DNA of 64,000 bases, taken from contig JADJQN010000001.1 in the NCBI GenBank assembly GCA_016712745.1, positions 1,777,494-1,841,493 of the forward strand, read 5' to 3'. Below, in pieces: positions 17,493 through 26,885 of this stretch (the first letter of the stretch is position 1; every line of letters starts with the position of its first letter). This stretch comes from Sandaracinaceae bacterium. Lineage in GTDB: Bacteria; Myxococcota_A; Polyangia; Polyangiales; JADJQN01. A program made the position numbers and the translations under genes. The notes below the pieces were generated by a model. That model made no database searches and was not told where the DNA came from. It saw nothing but the letters and a program-made list of their open reading frames with translations.

Positions 17493-17635
17493 CGATATCC
17501 TACCTGGTTTAGGTGACTGAACGTCCATGCGGGTGAGAGCCAAACCGCACGCAAATGGGTTCACAAATCCACGTTGATGTCAGCTATTGCGAACCCAATT
17601 GCCGAGCGACAGGCTCCTACAATGCGGAGGCGACG

Positions 17636-18505
17636 ATGAGAGTCCAAGAATTCTTTGACACGAGGACGTTCACGCTCACGTATGTGGTGTTCGACGAAAC
17701 GAGCAAAGACGCGGTCATCATCGATCCGGTGCTCGATTTTGACGCTTCCCGAGCCGAGACGTCCACTGACTCGCTCGACCGGGTTTTCGCGTTCGTCGAG
17801 TCGCAGTCGTTGCGCGTCCACTATGTGCTCGAGACGCACGCGCACGCCGACCACATCACCGGAGCGCAACCGTTGAAAGAGCGGCTAAATGCCAAGATTG
17901 CCATTGGAGCGCGTATCTCAGAGGTACAGAAAATCTTCGTGCCGCTTTTTGACTTGAGTGCAGACGTGTCCACTGAAGGAGAGCAGTTCGACCGGCTTCT
18001 GACCAATGGCGAGAAATTCGACGCCGGTTCCCTCGCAATCGAAGTCATTGCCACGCCAGGCCATACCCCGGCATGCGTAACGTACAAAATCGCAGACGCC
18101 GTCTTCACAGGAGATGCGTTGTTTATTGAAGACTACGGAACCGGTCGTTGCGACTTCCCGGGTGGGAGCGCGGACGTGCTCTACACTTCGGTGCACGAAG
18201 GGCTCTACACGCTGGCCGACGAAACCCGCGTCTTTGTGGGACACGACTATCAGCCGGGCCAACGCGCACTTCGCTTCATGACGACGATCGGCGAATCAAA
18301 GCGCGCAAACATTCACATCAAGACAGAAACAAAGCGGACTGACTTTGTACGTTTTCGTAACGAGCGAGACGCCACGCTGTCAGCGCCCGCACTGATTCTG
18401 CAAAGCATTCAGTTGAACGTGAACGCAGGGTGCTTGTCGACGCCGCATTCCAACGGACGGCGCTATCTCACCATTCCGCTCAACCTGTTCAAGCCCAATG
18501 CCTGA
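17636..18505 (+). CDS. MBL-fold metallo-hydrolase, persulfide dioxygenase (ETHE1/Blh)-like
   Basis: THAHADHITG metal motif, TPGHTPACVTY, GDALF. Start at ATG 17636 (MRVQEFFD). Divergent from the TauE operon. Confidence 0.7.
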   Translation: MRVQEFFDTRTFTLTYVVFDETSKDAVIIDPVLDFDASRAETSTDSLDRVFAFVESQSLRVHYVLETHAHADHITGAQPLKERLNAKIAIGARISEVQKIFVPLFDLSADVSTEGEQFDRLLTNGEKFDAGSLAIEVIATPGHTPACVTYKIADAVFTGDALFIEDYGTGRCDFPGGSADVLYTSVHEGLYTLADETRVFVGHDYQPGQRALRFMTTIGESKRANIHIKTETKRTDFVRFRNERDATLSAPALILQSIQLNVNAGCLSTPHSNGRRYLTIPLNLFKPNA

Positions 18506-18547
18506 CGCCCGACGATCGATCTAAAACGACCGAACACTTGCGCCCGT

Positions 18548-19246
18548 TCACGGAGTCGGTGACTCGCATGCTGCGGGTACGGAACGGTTCCTCGATACGA
18601 GAAGCTCGCGCAACTCGCGTTCCGTCTGCGCGCACTCCTGCCTATCGGGGGCTTGATGCCAATAGTCGCATTCGCCTTCAGTCGGAACGTAGCCCGGCTC
18701 ATCGGCGTTAAGAATCGGCATGGCGGCGACGCAACAACGTTGCATGCGACGACAGGCCGCATCACCCGCGCTCATCCAGAGCTGTAGCTTGCGCAATGTC
18801 GCTGCCAACTCCTCTCCCGTGAGCAGTCGCGCAGCAAAGGACTTTTCAGAGCCAGGCGTTTCCTGCACGCGAACCGTAAGCGTGAGATGTCGCGCATCAG
18901 CACCAGAGAGGCCAAGCACCTCCCGGGGCGGCCGCCACCGTGGTGGGTCCTCGTCCGTCTCGAGCACGACGTGCGACGGAAGAAACACGTCGTTCGATTG
19001 CGCACGAAATAGGACGTGATCCCGGTAGCACGCAATGTGCGACCCTACGTCGATAACTTCGAGACACGCTCCTTCGAGGAGGGAAGTCTGATCAGTCTGA
19101 GCGCCAGTCTCACCGCGGCCAGGCGGCGCTACGACAGCAGGCCGCGCTACGAGAGCAGGTGGCGCTACGACAGCAGGCGCCGCCGCATGTGAGCATGCAT
19201 TCAGAAAGAGCGCCGCCGCGGCAGTCGCAACCTCGAATCGCGTCAT
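18548..19246 (-). CDS. hypothetical lipoprotein
   Basis: MTRFEVATAAAALFLNAC lipobox, a Pro/Ala/Val repeat (APAVVAPPALVARPAVVAPP), and Cys-rich C-terminal part. Confidence 0.5.
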   Translation of the reverse strand: MTRFEVATAAAALFLNACSHAAAPAVVAPPALVARPAVVAPPGRGETGAQTDQTSLLEGACLEVIDVGSHIACYRDHVLFRAQSNDVFLPSHVVLETDEDPPRWRPPREVLGLSGADARHLTLTVRVQETPGSEKSFAARLLTGEELAATLRKLQLWMSAGDAACRRMQRCCVAAMPILNADEPGYVPTEGECDYWHQAPDRQECAQTERELRELLVSRNRSVPAACESPTP

Positions 19247-19342
19247 CTCACGAAGACTAGCTCCCGAATGGGCGTTTGTCTTCAAACGATTCACCCGGAT
19301 GTTCTTCGCTCATGCGTTTGTGCCAAGGCACGGCGTAACGAC

Positions 19343-20653
19343 TCACGGCGCGCCGAATGCTGCGTGCGTCGCCTCTTCGAAGAAGTTGGGGCGCGCTAGC
19401 GTGCGCTCCACGCACGGCGCGATGGTTTCACCGAGGTCGGAAATAAGCTGCGCGCGAGCCGTCGTGTTCTCCCGCGGCGTTTCTTCGATTTGCGCGAGCA
19501 ACTCTTGAGCGCGGGGCGCCTCGCGTTCGTTGCTACAGATGAGGAGCGTCGAGTACGCGACACCCAAATAGAGATTGGACGCTTCGGTGATGCCGAGGAA
19601 GTCCAGGTTTCGCTGGCGCGCGGCAAGCTCGCGTTCGATGAACGATCGAATGACGTCTTGATCGGGTCCCCCGCCGATCCGCACAAGGACGTCGCCAATA
19701 TCATCATCGGCCTCAAGACACACCTCTGAACGAGCCGCGTATGCGAGCGGACTAATGCGCACGAGTGAGATAGTCCCGTAGCGCCAGGGCGCCTCGCCCT
19801 GCGCGGGATCGAGCATCCTGAGGAGCATGCGGTCGTGGTGGGGGCCGTGCACGATGCGTACACCCACGCGCGGGACAAGCGGTTCGGTTGGTTCAGACGG
19901 CGCGTCGCCGCCGATTCGGCACGTCAGCGTCGACCACCCCGTAGGCGACATCATCCCGTCGCATTCGGTCCATCCGACGACGCGGTTTGTGTCCAGGCGC
20001 AAAGCCAAGCTATCGCCACGCTCGCGTGCCGCGAGATTGAACATTCCCTCGTACATATCGCGCTCGCCGCCGCGAAAGGTCTCGCCGAGCCACACGCCAT
20101 TGAGTGAACGCCCAGCGCGAAGAGCATTCAGGGGAATGAACTCCCCGCATCCCTGGCCTTGTGTGCGCAACTCCGTAGCTGCGCTTGGGTGGGAATTATC
20201 TACGCGCGTGAAGTCTCCCAGCGCTGCATCGATGCTGGTGCATGCGCTTCCACTCGATGACGTTTCGCGCACATGAAGCGTCGTTTGCGTTGCACGCACC
20301 TCAAGGACGTGAACGCAATCTGCAAACGGCACGGCGCAATCAACCACGTCGCCCATTCGCGCAAGCGCAATGCAGACAGGGGTGGGCGGCTCGTTCGAGA
20401 GCACGAGCTGCCAGTCCGTGGACGCGGGCCAAAGCACGAGCTCGCTATCGTCCTGCGATCGCCACACCACGCTGTTCGCGTTGGCCCACGTTTCGATCGG
20501 ATGCGCAGTGGACACGCTTTCTTCGCTTGGCAAGGACGTCGGGTCATCAGCACTCTGAACAGCCGAGGACGGTACAGCTCCGCACGCTGCGAGGAGCGAG
20601 CTAGCAACTAAGACAGCGACGCGTAGCATGGTTTCCATTCTGCGAGCGCGCAC
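19343..20653 (-). CDS. hypothetical lipoprotein
   Basis: Signal peptide with lipobox (VLVASSLLAACG). 436-aa ORF, 5 nt downstream of the ATP-grasp gene stop. Confidence 0.55.
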   Translation of the reverse strand: MRARRMETMLRVAVLVASSLLAACGAVPSSAVQSADDPTSLPSEESVSTAHPIETWANANSVVWRSQDDSELVLWPASTDWQLVLSNEPPTPVCIALARMGDVVDCAVPFADCVHVLEVRATQTTLHVRETSSSGSACTSIDAALGDFTRVDNSHPSAATELRTQGQGCGEFIPLNALRAGRSLNGVWLGETFRGGERDMYEGMFNLAARERGDSLALRLDTNRVVGWTECDGMMSPTGWSTLTCRIGGDAPSEPTEPLVPRVGVRIVHGPHHDRMLLRMLDPAQGEAPWRYGTISLVRISPLAYAARSEVCLEADDDIGDVLVRIGGGPDQDVIRSFIERELAARQRNLDFLGITEASNLYLGVAYSTLLICSNEREAPRAQELLAQIEETPRENTTARAQLISDLGETIAPCVERTLARPNFFEEATHAAFGAP

Positions 20654-20658
20654 CGAGC

Positions 20659-21606
20659 CTAGAGCGGCCGCGCAAGCTCGCGCACAAGATAGTCGACGAC
20701 GCGCTCGAAGGGATCGAATCCGAATGCCTGGCCAATGGGCGCACGCAAATTCGAGTTTGCGTTGATGTCGTAGAAAACGCGGCGGCCGTCGCTTGACTCA
20801 AGATATTCGATTCCAGCAACGTCAAGCCCACCTGCCGCGACGATGCGACGTCCCTGCTCCACGGCTTCCCTCGGAACTTCCGGGTAGGGGTAGAACTCTA
20901 CCGGTTTCTGCGACGTGGCCGCGGGAATTTCGCAAAGCGCATCGCTTGAGTCGGCGGGGTTGCAAAGCTCGGACGGGCAGAGATTGAACGCGCCGTGAGA
21001 GACCACGCGCATCGCGTAGAGCAGCTCGCCACCCAGAAATTCCATGCGCACGATTCCGCGCGCGGGATCGGTGGGAAAATACTCCTGAAGCAGCATGAGA
21101 TTGTCGGGAAGCCAGATGTCCGGTGTCGTCGCAACTGTTCGCGCGAGCTCGTCGAAGGAGTTGAGCAAAAACATGCGGGCGCCGCTGCCACCTTGTTCAG
21201 GCTTGAGGAGCGCGGGCCAGCGCGTCCACGCATTGCGCACCGCTTCAACTTCGTTGAACGCGAGGGACGCCGGATGATCGATGCCGAGCCTCTTGAGCAG
21301 ACTGCCTTGCGCGCTTTTGCTCAGCTCGAGTGAAAACGCGCGCGAGCCGTTGAGAACGCGCGCGCCCGCAAGCTCCAGGCTGCGCATCAGCGCGAGAGCC
21401 AACGGCACGGCGCGCGTGCTACCGCGCAGATAGGCGCTGGGACTCGCCTGATTGAAGTAGAGCCGCGCGCCTGGAACGAGATCGACATCAAACGATGCCT
21501 TCTTAAGATCGAACGTTCCAAATCTTACGCCACGTTTCTCGAGCGCGGCGAAGAGGGGCTTCTGCCACTCAGGATGCTCATGAATAACGATAAGCTCGAC
21601 AGTCAC
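20659..21606 (-). CDS. ATP-grasp domain protein (RimK/glutathione-synthetase-like ligase)
   Basis: Blocks LLKPEQGGSGARMFL, LLQEYFP and RMEFLGGELLYAMRV match ATP-grasp patterns. Start moved to the in-frame GTG at 21606 (MTVELIVIHEH), because the longer ORF start (21813) overlaps the divergent gene. Confidence 0.6.
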   Translation of the reverse strand: MTVELIVIHEHPEWQKPLFAALEKRGVRFGTFDLKKASFDVDLVPGARLYFNQASPSAYLRGSTRAVPLALALMRSLELAGARVLNGSRAFSLELSKSAQGSLLKRLGIDHPASLAFNEVEAVRNAWTRWPALLKPEQGGSGARMFLLNSFDELARTVATTPDIWLPDNLMLLQEYFPTDPARGIVRMEFLGGELLYAMRVVSHGAFNLCPSELCNPADSSDALCEIPAATSQKPVEFYPYPEVPREAVEQGRRIVAAGGLDVAGIEYLESSDGRRVFYDINANSNLRAPIGQAFGFDPFERVVDYLVRELARPL

Positions 21607-21724
21607 AATGGACCGTGCGTCGCACGTAGTGCGTGTCAGGTCAAACCCGTGCTCGCCTTGACCCTGGGGGCCCCGCGTGTAAGTCCGTAGCCGCGGTTGT
21701 TGACGGAAATAGTGGAGGAAGCTC

Positions 21725-22945
21725 GTGCACGCCAAGGTTCTTACGCTCGCATTGCTCGCATCGGTTTTGAATGTCGGATGCGGGGCTGACCGCGGCCCAG
21801 ACGCGAGCACCACGGACGACGGCGGTCTGCCCGAAACGGACGGCGGTAGTCTCGTGGCCGCGCCTCAGCTCGGCGACGGCACACCGGGAAGCGCGCATGT
21901 CGTTTCGATCTACTCGCCCTCCGCGCAACGTGAAGCGACGGATCTGGAGTTCGATCCGACGAGCGGCAAGCTGTGGGTAACCTTCCGCGAGTACGAAAGT
22001 TCGGCAATCTGCACCGAGGCCTCGTTCGCAGGTTGCGATGCCCTCCCCGGCTGGACGTTGGAAATCACTGGCGCCGAAGGCGACGCGCCGAGCAGCGTGC
22101 TCAAGCAGGACGCCAATGCGTGGCACTTCATGCGACGTCCAACCTCGATCGCGTTCGGGGACACGGACGCGCGCTCTAGCGCAACCCCAGGCCAGTCGAG
22201 TTTCTTTGCGACATGTCACGAGGCCCGAACCGGCAACTACGACGATGACGCCTACGACTATATGGGTCCCGCCTTCTGGACGTCCGATCCGGCGGTCTAC
22301 ACATTCAACGGCCCGGGGGGCAACGGCTCGCACCTCGACATGTTGCACTCCGCGCCCTTCTGCATGGGCATCGCGCACAATCGCGGCAATGCGTTTTGGG
22401 TATTCAACGGCGACGCTGGCTCGATCGACGATGTCGACTTCGTAGAACCGCATGTCGCCGGCGGCGAAGAACACGGGGACGGGCGAATCCGCCGATTCGT
22501 CGCAGGCCAAGTGGCGCGCGTCGCAAACGTGCCGAGTCACTTAGCATTCGATTCCGACTCAGCGTTCCTCTACATCGCTGACACCGGCAACGCCCGCATC
22601 GCACGCCTCGACACTGCGACCGGCACGATGGCCGGACGATTCCCGAAAGCCTACGACAGCCTCGAAGTGTCCAACTTCATGAGCGACGCGGTCATCGAGG
22701 ATGTGGTCCCCCCAGGGACGCTCGTTCAGCCGAGTGGACTTGCGCTTCACGACGGCACGCTCTTCGTGAGCGATCATGCGACGAGCATCATCTACGCGTT
22801 TAGCGTGGACGGCGCCCTGCTCAATCAGTTCGACACAGAGTTGCCCGAGGGCTCGCTCGCGGGCCTCACGATCGGACCCGACAACAAGATCTACTTCGTC
22901 AACATGAAGACGTCCGAAGTTTTCAGGCTCGACCCCGCAAGCTGA
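21725..22945 (+). CDS. NHL-repeat beta-propeller lipoprotein
   Basis: Lipobox LNVGC and GGAGGAAG Shine-Dalgarno before the GTG start. NHL-like repeats (FLYIADTGNARIARLD, PSGLALHDGTLFVSDHATSIIYAF, GLTIGPDNKIYFVN). Confidence 0.55.
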   Translation: MHAKVLTLALLASVLNVGCGADRGPDASTTDDGGLPETDGGSLVAAPQLGDGTPGSAHVVSIYSPSAQREATDLEFDPTSGKLWVTFREYESSAICTEASFAGCDALPGWTLEITGAEGDAPSSVLKQDANAWHFMRRPTSIAFGDTDARSSATPGQSSFFATCHEARTGNYDDDAYDYMGPAFWTSDPAVYTFNGPGGNGSHLDMLHSAPFCMGIAHNRGNAFWVFNGDAGSIDDVDFVEPHVAGGEEHGDGRIRRFVAGQVARVANVPSHLAFDSDSAFLYIADTGNARIARLDTATGTMAGRFPKAYDSLEVSNFMSDAVIEDVVPPGTLVQPSGLALHDGTLFVSDHATSIIYAFSVDGALLNQFDTELPEGSLAGLTIGPDNKIYFVNMKTSEVFRLDPAS

Positions 22946-22991
22946 TCAAGCGCTCGCCGCGCTCGCGCATTTCCGCGCGGCGCATTTCACA

Positions 22992-23018
22992 TTGACACAT
23001 ACCCCACCACCGTATAGC
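22992..23018 (+). promoter_or_regulatory. sigma-70-like promoter candidate with embedded ATAC-N9-GTAT C-rich inverted repeat (CsoR-operator-like)
   Basis: TTGACA (22992-22997), a 15-nt spacer containing ATACCCCACCACCGTAT, then TATAGC (23013-23018). The ATG of the first copper-cluster gene is at 23027. Confidence 0.3.
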
Positions 23019-23026
23019 AGCCAGCT

Positions 23027-23290
23027 ATGCGACTAATTCTTCTATGGGGTTTGAGTGCGCTCGCGCTTAGCGCTTCCGCATGCGGTGGCGGTCTACCGCA
23101 CGAGTTTCCGTCAGCTTCCGCGGCATCACCGGACGCGGTCGAGATGTCGCCAGCACAGCTCACCACCGCTACGCAGGGAGACCCGCCCTTGCCAGGCGAA
23201 AGCGGAGTCGGCGCGTGGCCTGGTTTGGCAGGAGCACGACCCAGCGCGGCGCATCACCACCACCACGGCTCGCAGACGGGAGCTCAATAA
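23027..23290 (+). CDS. small lipoprotein with C-terminal His tract (putative metal-binding)
   Basis: Lipobox LSASAC and C-terminal AAHHHHHGS. The stop overlaps the next start (TAATG). Confidence 0.5.
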   Translation: MRLILLWGLSALALSASACGGGLPHEFPSASAASPDAVEMSPAQLTTATQGDPPLPGESGVGAWPGLAGARPSAAHHHHHGSQTGAQ

Positions 23291-24666
23291 TGCGTATTCC
23301 TTTTACTACGCTAATCTCGGGGGTCCTGCTCACTGGTTGCGTGAGCACGGCTATCCACAATGATCTTCCGCAAGTTCGTGAGCTCGCTAGAACGTCCGTG
23401 CCGGACGGCGTCGTCGAAGGCGAGGTCAACGCGAGCACCGACAGCCAGGTGCTGCAAGCCCTGCGGCAACCGGTCGACGTCGATGCAGCGGTCCGCATTG
23501 CGCTCGCCGGTAACCGCGAGCTTCGGGCGCTGTTTCGTGAGATGGGAATCGCGCGCGGTCGACTACTGCAAGCTGGTGTCGTCCCCAACCCTGTCGTGGG
23601 AGTAGAGTTTTTGCCGGAGCGCAACTCGCGCTTCGAGCTGCGTGTCGAGTACGACATAACGGGCTTGATTCTGGCGCCAGCGAGTTCGCGCGCAGCAAGT
23701 AGTGAGGTCGACGCGGCTCGCTTCCGTGCCGCAGCAGCGGTAGTTGCAACCGGCCTTGAAGCACGTGCCGATTATTACTCATTCGTCGCAGCAGAGCAGA
23801 AGCTCGCCATCGCCCAGCAGGCACTGGACGCACTCGCTGCAGCACGCGATGCCGCCAATGCGATGCGCGCATCCGGCAACGCCGCGGAGTTCACCGCTGA
23901 CGTGCAGATCGCCGCGTACGAGCGCGCGCGCGTCGGGGTCTCGGAAGCTGAACTCGAGGTCGCGCATCGCCGTGAAACGCTGACACGCTTGTTCGGCATC
24001 GCTGGCGGCGAAGTGATTTGGCACTCGAGTGGTTCGTTACCGGAAGCGGAACACCAACTGTCAGTCCCCGACCGAGTTGAAACGACCGCCATTGAAGCGA
24101 GCTTTGCGCTCAAAGAACAACGCGCCCACCTCGAGGCACTAGGTCGTCAAGCTGGCATGGCGAGTACGGCAGGATGGATGCCCGAGATTGTTGCAGACGT
24201 ACATGCACTGCTGGGTCATCCGGAGAGTACGGAGACCAATTCCTTAGGAGACGATTGGCGCTTCGGCGCGGGCGTCGATGTGCGCCTTCCTATCTTCGCG
24301 CAGAATCGCGGGATGGCTGGCGCGCTGTCGGCGGAGTTCGACGCGCAAATGGAACGCTACATCGGCACCGCAGTCACGGTGCGTTCTGCAGCACGCGAAG
24401 CGCGCAACCGGCTGGTGTCTGCGCACGCGCGCGTTCGTCTTTACGCGGATGTTATCGTCCCGGCGCAACAACGCGTGATGGAGCAAGCCTTGCTTCAGTA
24501 CAACGCGATGGATCTGAGTGTTTTCGAGTTGCTCAATGCTCGACGCGAGCAGCTCGATGTCGAGCTCGCACGCGTTGAAACACTCGCAGAGTACTGGACG
24601 GCACGTGCAGAGTTTGAATCCGTAATCGCAGGCGCGCTGGTTCACACGCGCGAAGGGGCTCGCTAA
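23290..24666 (+). CDS. TolC-family outer membrane efflux lipoprotein (CusC-like)
   Basis: Start at ATG 23290 (MRIPFTTLISGVLLTGC lipobox). Two OEP-type helical repeats. Context with multicopper oxidase and CsoR. Confidence 0.7.
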   Translation: MRIPFTTLISGVLLTGCVSTAIHNDLPQVRELARTSVPDGVVEGEVNASTDSQVLQALRQPVDVDAAVRIALAGNRELRALFREMGIARGRLLQAGVVPNPVVGVEFLPERNSRFELRVEYDITGLILAPASSRAASSEVDAARFRAAAAVVATGLEARADYYSFVAAEQKLAIAQQALDALAAARDAANAMRASGNAAEFTADVQIAAYERARVGVSEAELEVAHRRETLTRLFGIAGGEVIWHSSGSLPEAEHQLSVPDRVETTAIEASFALKEQRAHLEALGRQAGMASTAGWMPEIVADVHALLGHPESTETNSLGDDWRFGAGVDVRLPIFAQNRGMAGALSAEFDAQMERYIGTAVTVRSAAREARNRLVSAHARVRLYADVIVPAQQRVMEQALLQYNAMDLSVFELLNARREQLDVELARVETLAEYWTARAEFESVIAGALVHTREGAR

Positions 24667-24668
24667 CC

Positions 24669-26000
24669 ATGGACCGACGTTCATTCATTCAGCTCGGCGG
24701 CATCGCTGCGGCAGCGGCGCTCGCCGGTAAGTCGACGGAAGCGCTTGCGCAAGACCAAGCAGCGTCGCCAAACCGCCCCGCTCGCAACGTCGCAAGTCCG
24801 CCTGCACCGGGGGGACAGCCTGCGGTAGTCACGCCGAACGGCTCGACCCTTCCGTGGCGTGTTGTGAACGGTGTGAAGGTTGGACACTTGATCGCGCAAG
24901 AGGTCGACAACGAATTCGCGCCGGGCTTGCGCGCGCGCTGTTGGGGCTATAACGGCGGCACGCCCGGCCCAACGCTCGAAGCGGTGGAAGGCGACCGCGT
25001 TCGCATCTACGTGACCAACCGCCTGCCGGAACCGACGACGGTGCATTGGCACGGAATGATTTTGCCGAACGGCATGGATGGCGTGGCCGGCCTCAACCAG
25101 CGCCCCATCCCGCCTGGTGAAACCTATGTTTACGAGTTCGATCTCCGCCACGCAGGCACCTTCATGTACCACTCCCATTTCGACGAGATGACACAGATCG
25201 CGCTCGGCATGGTCGGCATGTTCGTAGTGCATCCGCGCGCTGCGCGTGGCCCACGCGTCGCGCATGACTTCGTGCTGATGGCGCATGAGTGGAAGATCGA
25301 CATCGGCGCATCGCGTCCTGATCCCTTGGCGATGAACGACTTCAATGTGCTTACGTTCAACGGCAAATCGTTTCCTGCCACCGAGCCACTCGTTGTCGGC
25401 CGCGGACAGCGCGTACGCATACGCCTCGGGAATCTCGGGCCCATGGATCATCACCCGATTCACATCCACGGCCTGAACTTCAAAGTCACGGCAACCGATG
25501 GCGGCTACGTACCGGAAAGCGCGCAGTCTCCACAGACGACTGTGCTCGTTCCGGTTGGGTCCACACGAGTGATTGAGTTCGTGCCCGAGGAAGCCGGCGA
25601 CTGGGCGATGCACTGCCACATGACTCATCACATCATGACGCAGATGGGTCACCGCATGACACCACTCGTCGGCGCAGATACCCGGCGGCTCGACCAGCGC
25701 CTCACGCGCGTGCTTCCCGCGGCGATGACAATGGGGCAGACGGGAATGGGAACAATGGGCGCGATGCAAATGCCCATTCCCGAGAACAGCGTCGCGATGC
25801 GTGGTAGTCCGGGGCCCTTCTCGACGATTGATATGGGCGGGATGTTTACTGTGCTCAAAGTCCGCGAGCGCCCGACCGCAGAGGACGCCGCGACCTGGTA
25901 CACCTATCCGCCGGGGACCACCGTAGAACGCGCCGATGCGCAGCGCATGCAAGCGGACGGCATCGACACGGCGCTGGGCCCGGATGCGGGCGAGCGATGA
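24669..26000 (+). CDS. multicopper oxidase (Tat-exported)
   Basis: Twin-arginine signal MDRRSFIQLGG. Copper ligand motifs HWHGM, YHSH, HPIHIHG, HCHMTHHIM. Confidence 0.85.
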   Translation: MDRRSFIQLGGIAAAAALAGKSTEALAQDQAASPNRPARNVASPPAPGGQPAVVTPNGSTLPWRVVNGVKVGHLIAQEVDNEFAPGLRARCWGYNGGTPGPTLEAVEGDRVRIYVTNRLPEPTTVHWHGMILPNGMDGVAGLNQRPIPPGETYVYEFDLRHAGTFMYHSHFDEMTQIALGMVGMFVVHPRAARGPRVAHDFVLMAHEWKIDIGASRPDPLAMNDFNVLTFNGKSFPATEPLVVGRGQRVRIRLGNLGPMDHHPIHIHGLNFKVTATDGGYVPESAQSPQTTVLVPVGSTRVIEFVPEEAGDWAMHCHMTHHIMTQMGHRMTPLVGADTRRLDQRLTRVLPAAMTMGQTGMGTMGAMQMPIPENSVAMRGSPGPFSTIDMGGMFTVLKVRERPTAEDAATWYTYPPGTTVERADAQRMQADGIDTALGPDAGER

Positions 26001-26314
26001 GTGCGAGAAAAGCAGCCACGCACGCAACACACGCCGTCGCCGTCGACGCAAAAACAAAAACAGCCAATCTGAAACGTCTGCGCCGCATCGAAGGTCAGGT
26101 GCGCGGAATTCAGCGCATGATCGAGGACGAGCGCTACTGCACGGACATTGTCACGCAGATCTCCTCCATCGAGCACGCACTTCGCGCGGTCTCGCGCGAG
26201 CTCGTTCGCAATCACATACGTCACTGCGCGCGACACGCGCTCAGCTCTTCGAGCAAAGAGTCGGAGGCCATGGTGGAAGAGCTCGTGAAGGTGCTCGTAC
26301 AATCCGCACGGTGA
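25997..26314 (+). CDS. csoR: CsoR/RcnR family metal-sensing transcriptional repressor
   Basis: LKRLRRIEGQVRGIQRMIEDERYCTDIVTQISSIEHAL...HIRHC, with the Cys/His/Cys ligand pattern. Overlaps the oxidase stop (ATGA). Confidence 0.85.
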   Translation: MSARKAATHATHAVAVDAKTKTANLKRLRRIEGQVRGIQRMIEDERYCTDIVTQISSIEHALRAVSRELVRNHIRHCARHALSSSSKESEAMVEELVKVLVQSAR

Positions 26315-26332
26315 CTGGCGACCAGCGGTACC

Positions 26333-26773
26333 CTACTCTTTGCTGTACGTGAATCGCCACTCAGGGTGGTCTACCACGAGCTTCTCGAGGGCCGTCGCAT
26401 CCGCGGCGCCCTCGATGGCACGCTGATCCCCGAAACGCACGAGATAGTGCGTGATCGCGTCTCCCTTCAGCGTAAACGAGACGTCCACAGGATGGAGGCG
26501 CTGCGAATCGAGTGCCCAGATATATCCGTCTGCGTGAAAGTCAGAAGCGCTGCGTGCCGACGAATTGCGAATGACGAAGCCATCGTACCAGCGGCCGCGC
26601 AGATCCGAGCGCGGGTCGTGATGAAGAAAGGTTGCGACCCAACTCTCGATCGCCGCGGCGAAGCGACCCTCGAGGGGTGAGTAGTCCTGCGATGCCAAGA
26701 AGGGACGTTTGTCGAGTAGCCAGGCTCGCGTCGCTTCGGCAAGTTCCGCCTCGATCAAATCTTGGTCGGTCAT
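26333..26773 (-). CDS. hypothetical protein
   Basis: ORF 26333..26893, with start moved to ATG 26773 (MTDQDLIEAEL). No motif recognised. Confidence 0.45.
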   Translation of the reverse strand: MTDQDLIEAELAEATRAWLLDKRPFLASQDYSPLEGRFAAAIESWVATFLHHDPRSDLRGRWYDGFVIRNSSARSASDFHADGYIWALDSQRLHPVDVSFTLKGDAITHYLVRFGDQRAIEGAADATALEKLVVDHPEWRFTYSKE

Positions 26774-26885
26774 AAGTCCATCGTAGCAAGGGATCGCTCG
26801 CATTCCCCAGATGAAAATGCGCTGCAGCCCGGCTCGGGGGCAGCCCGCCTGCCCTTCCCTGTTCGCGCGATGGTATAAAGCCGTC

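Noticed and set aside
21607-21813. 70-aa N-terminal extension of the ATP-grasp ORF, and similar long extensions at 23080..23289, 38418..38633, 57230..57370, 58086..58232, 30769..30903 and 47262..47378
   Set aside because: The extensions are Arg/Pro/Ser-rich and overlap neighbouring genes or promoters. They precede obvious signal peptides, Tat motifs or conserved N-termini that begin at internal start codons.
24681-26057. Long antisense or alternative-frame ORFs inside well-supported genes. Examples: 24681..26057 -, 27661..28851 +, 31174..32172 -, 35968..36840 +, 52192..53181 +, 55661..56584 +, 59889..60602 -, 60651..61379 -, 62347..63321 +, 21641..22540 -, 13263..13949 +.
   Set aside because: These are typical high-GC shadow ORFs: Arg/Ala/Pro/Gly-rich translations without motifs. 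Each is fully overlapped by a gene with clear family signatures on the other strand or frame.
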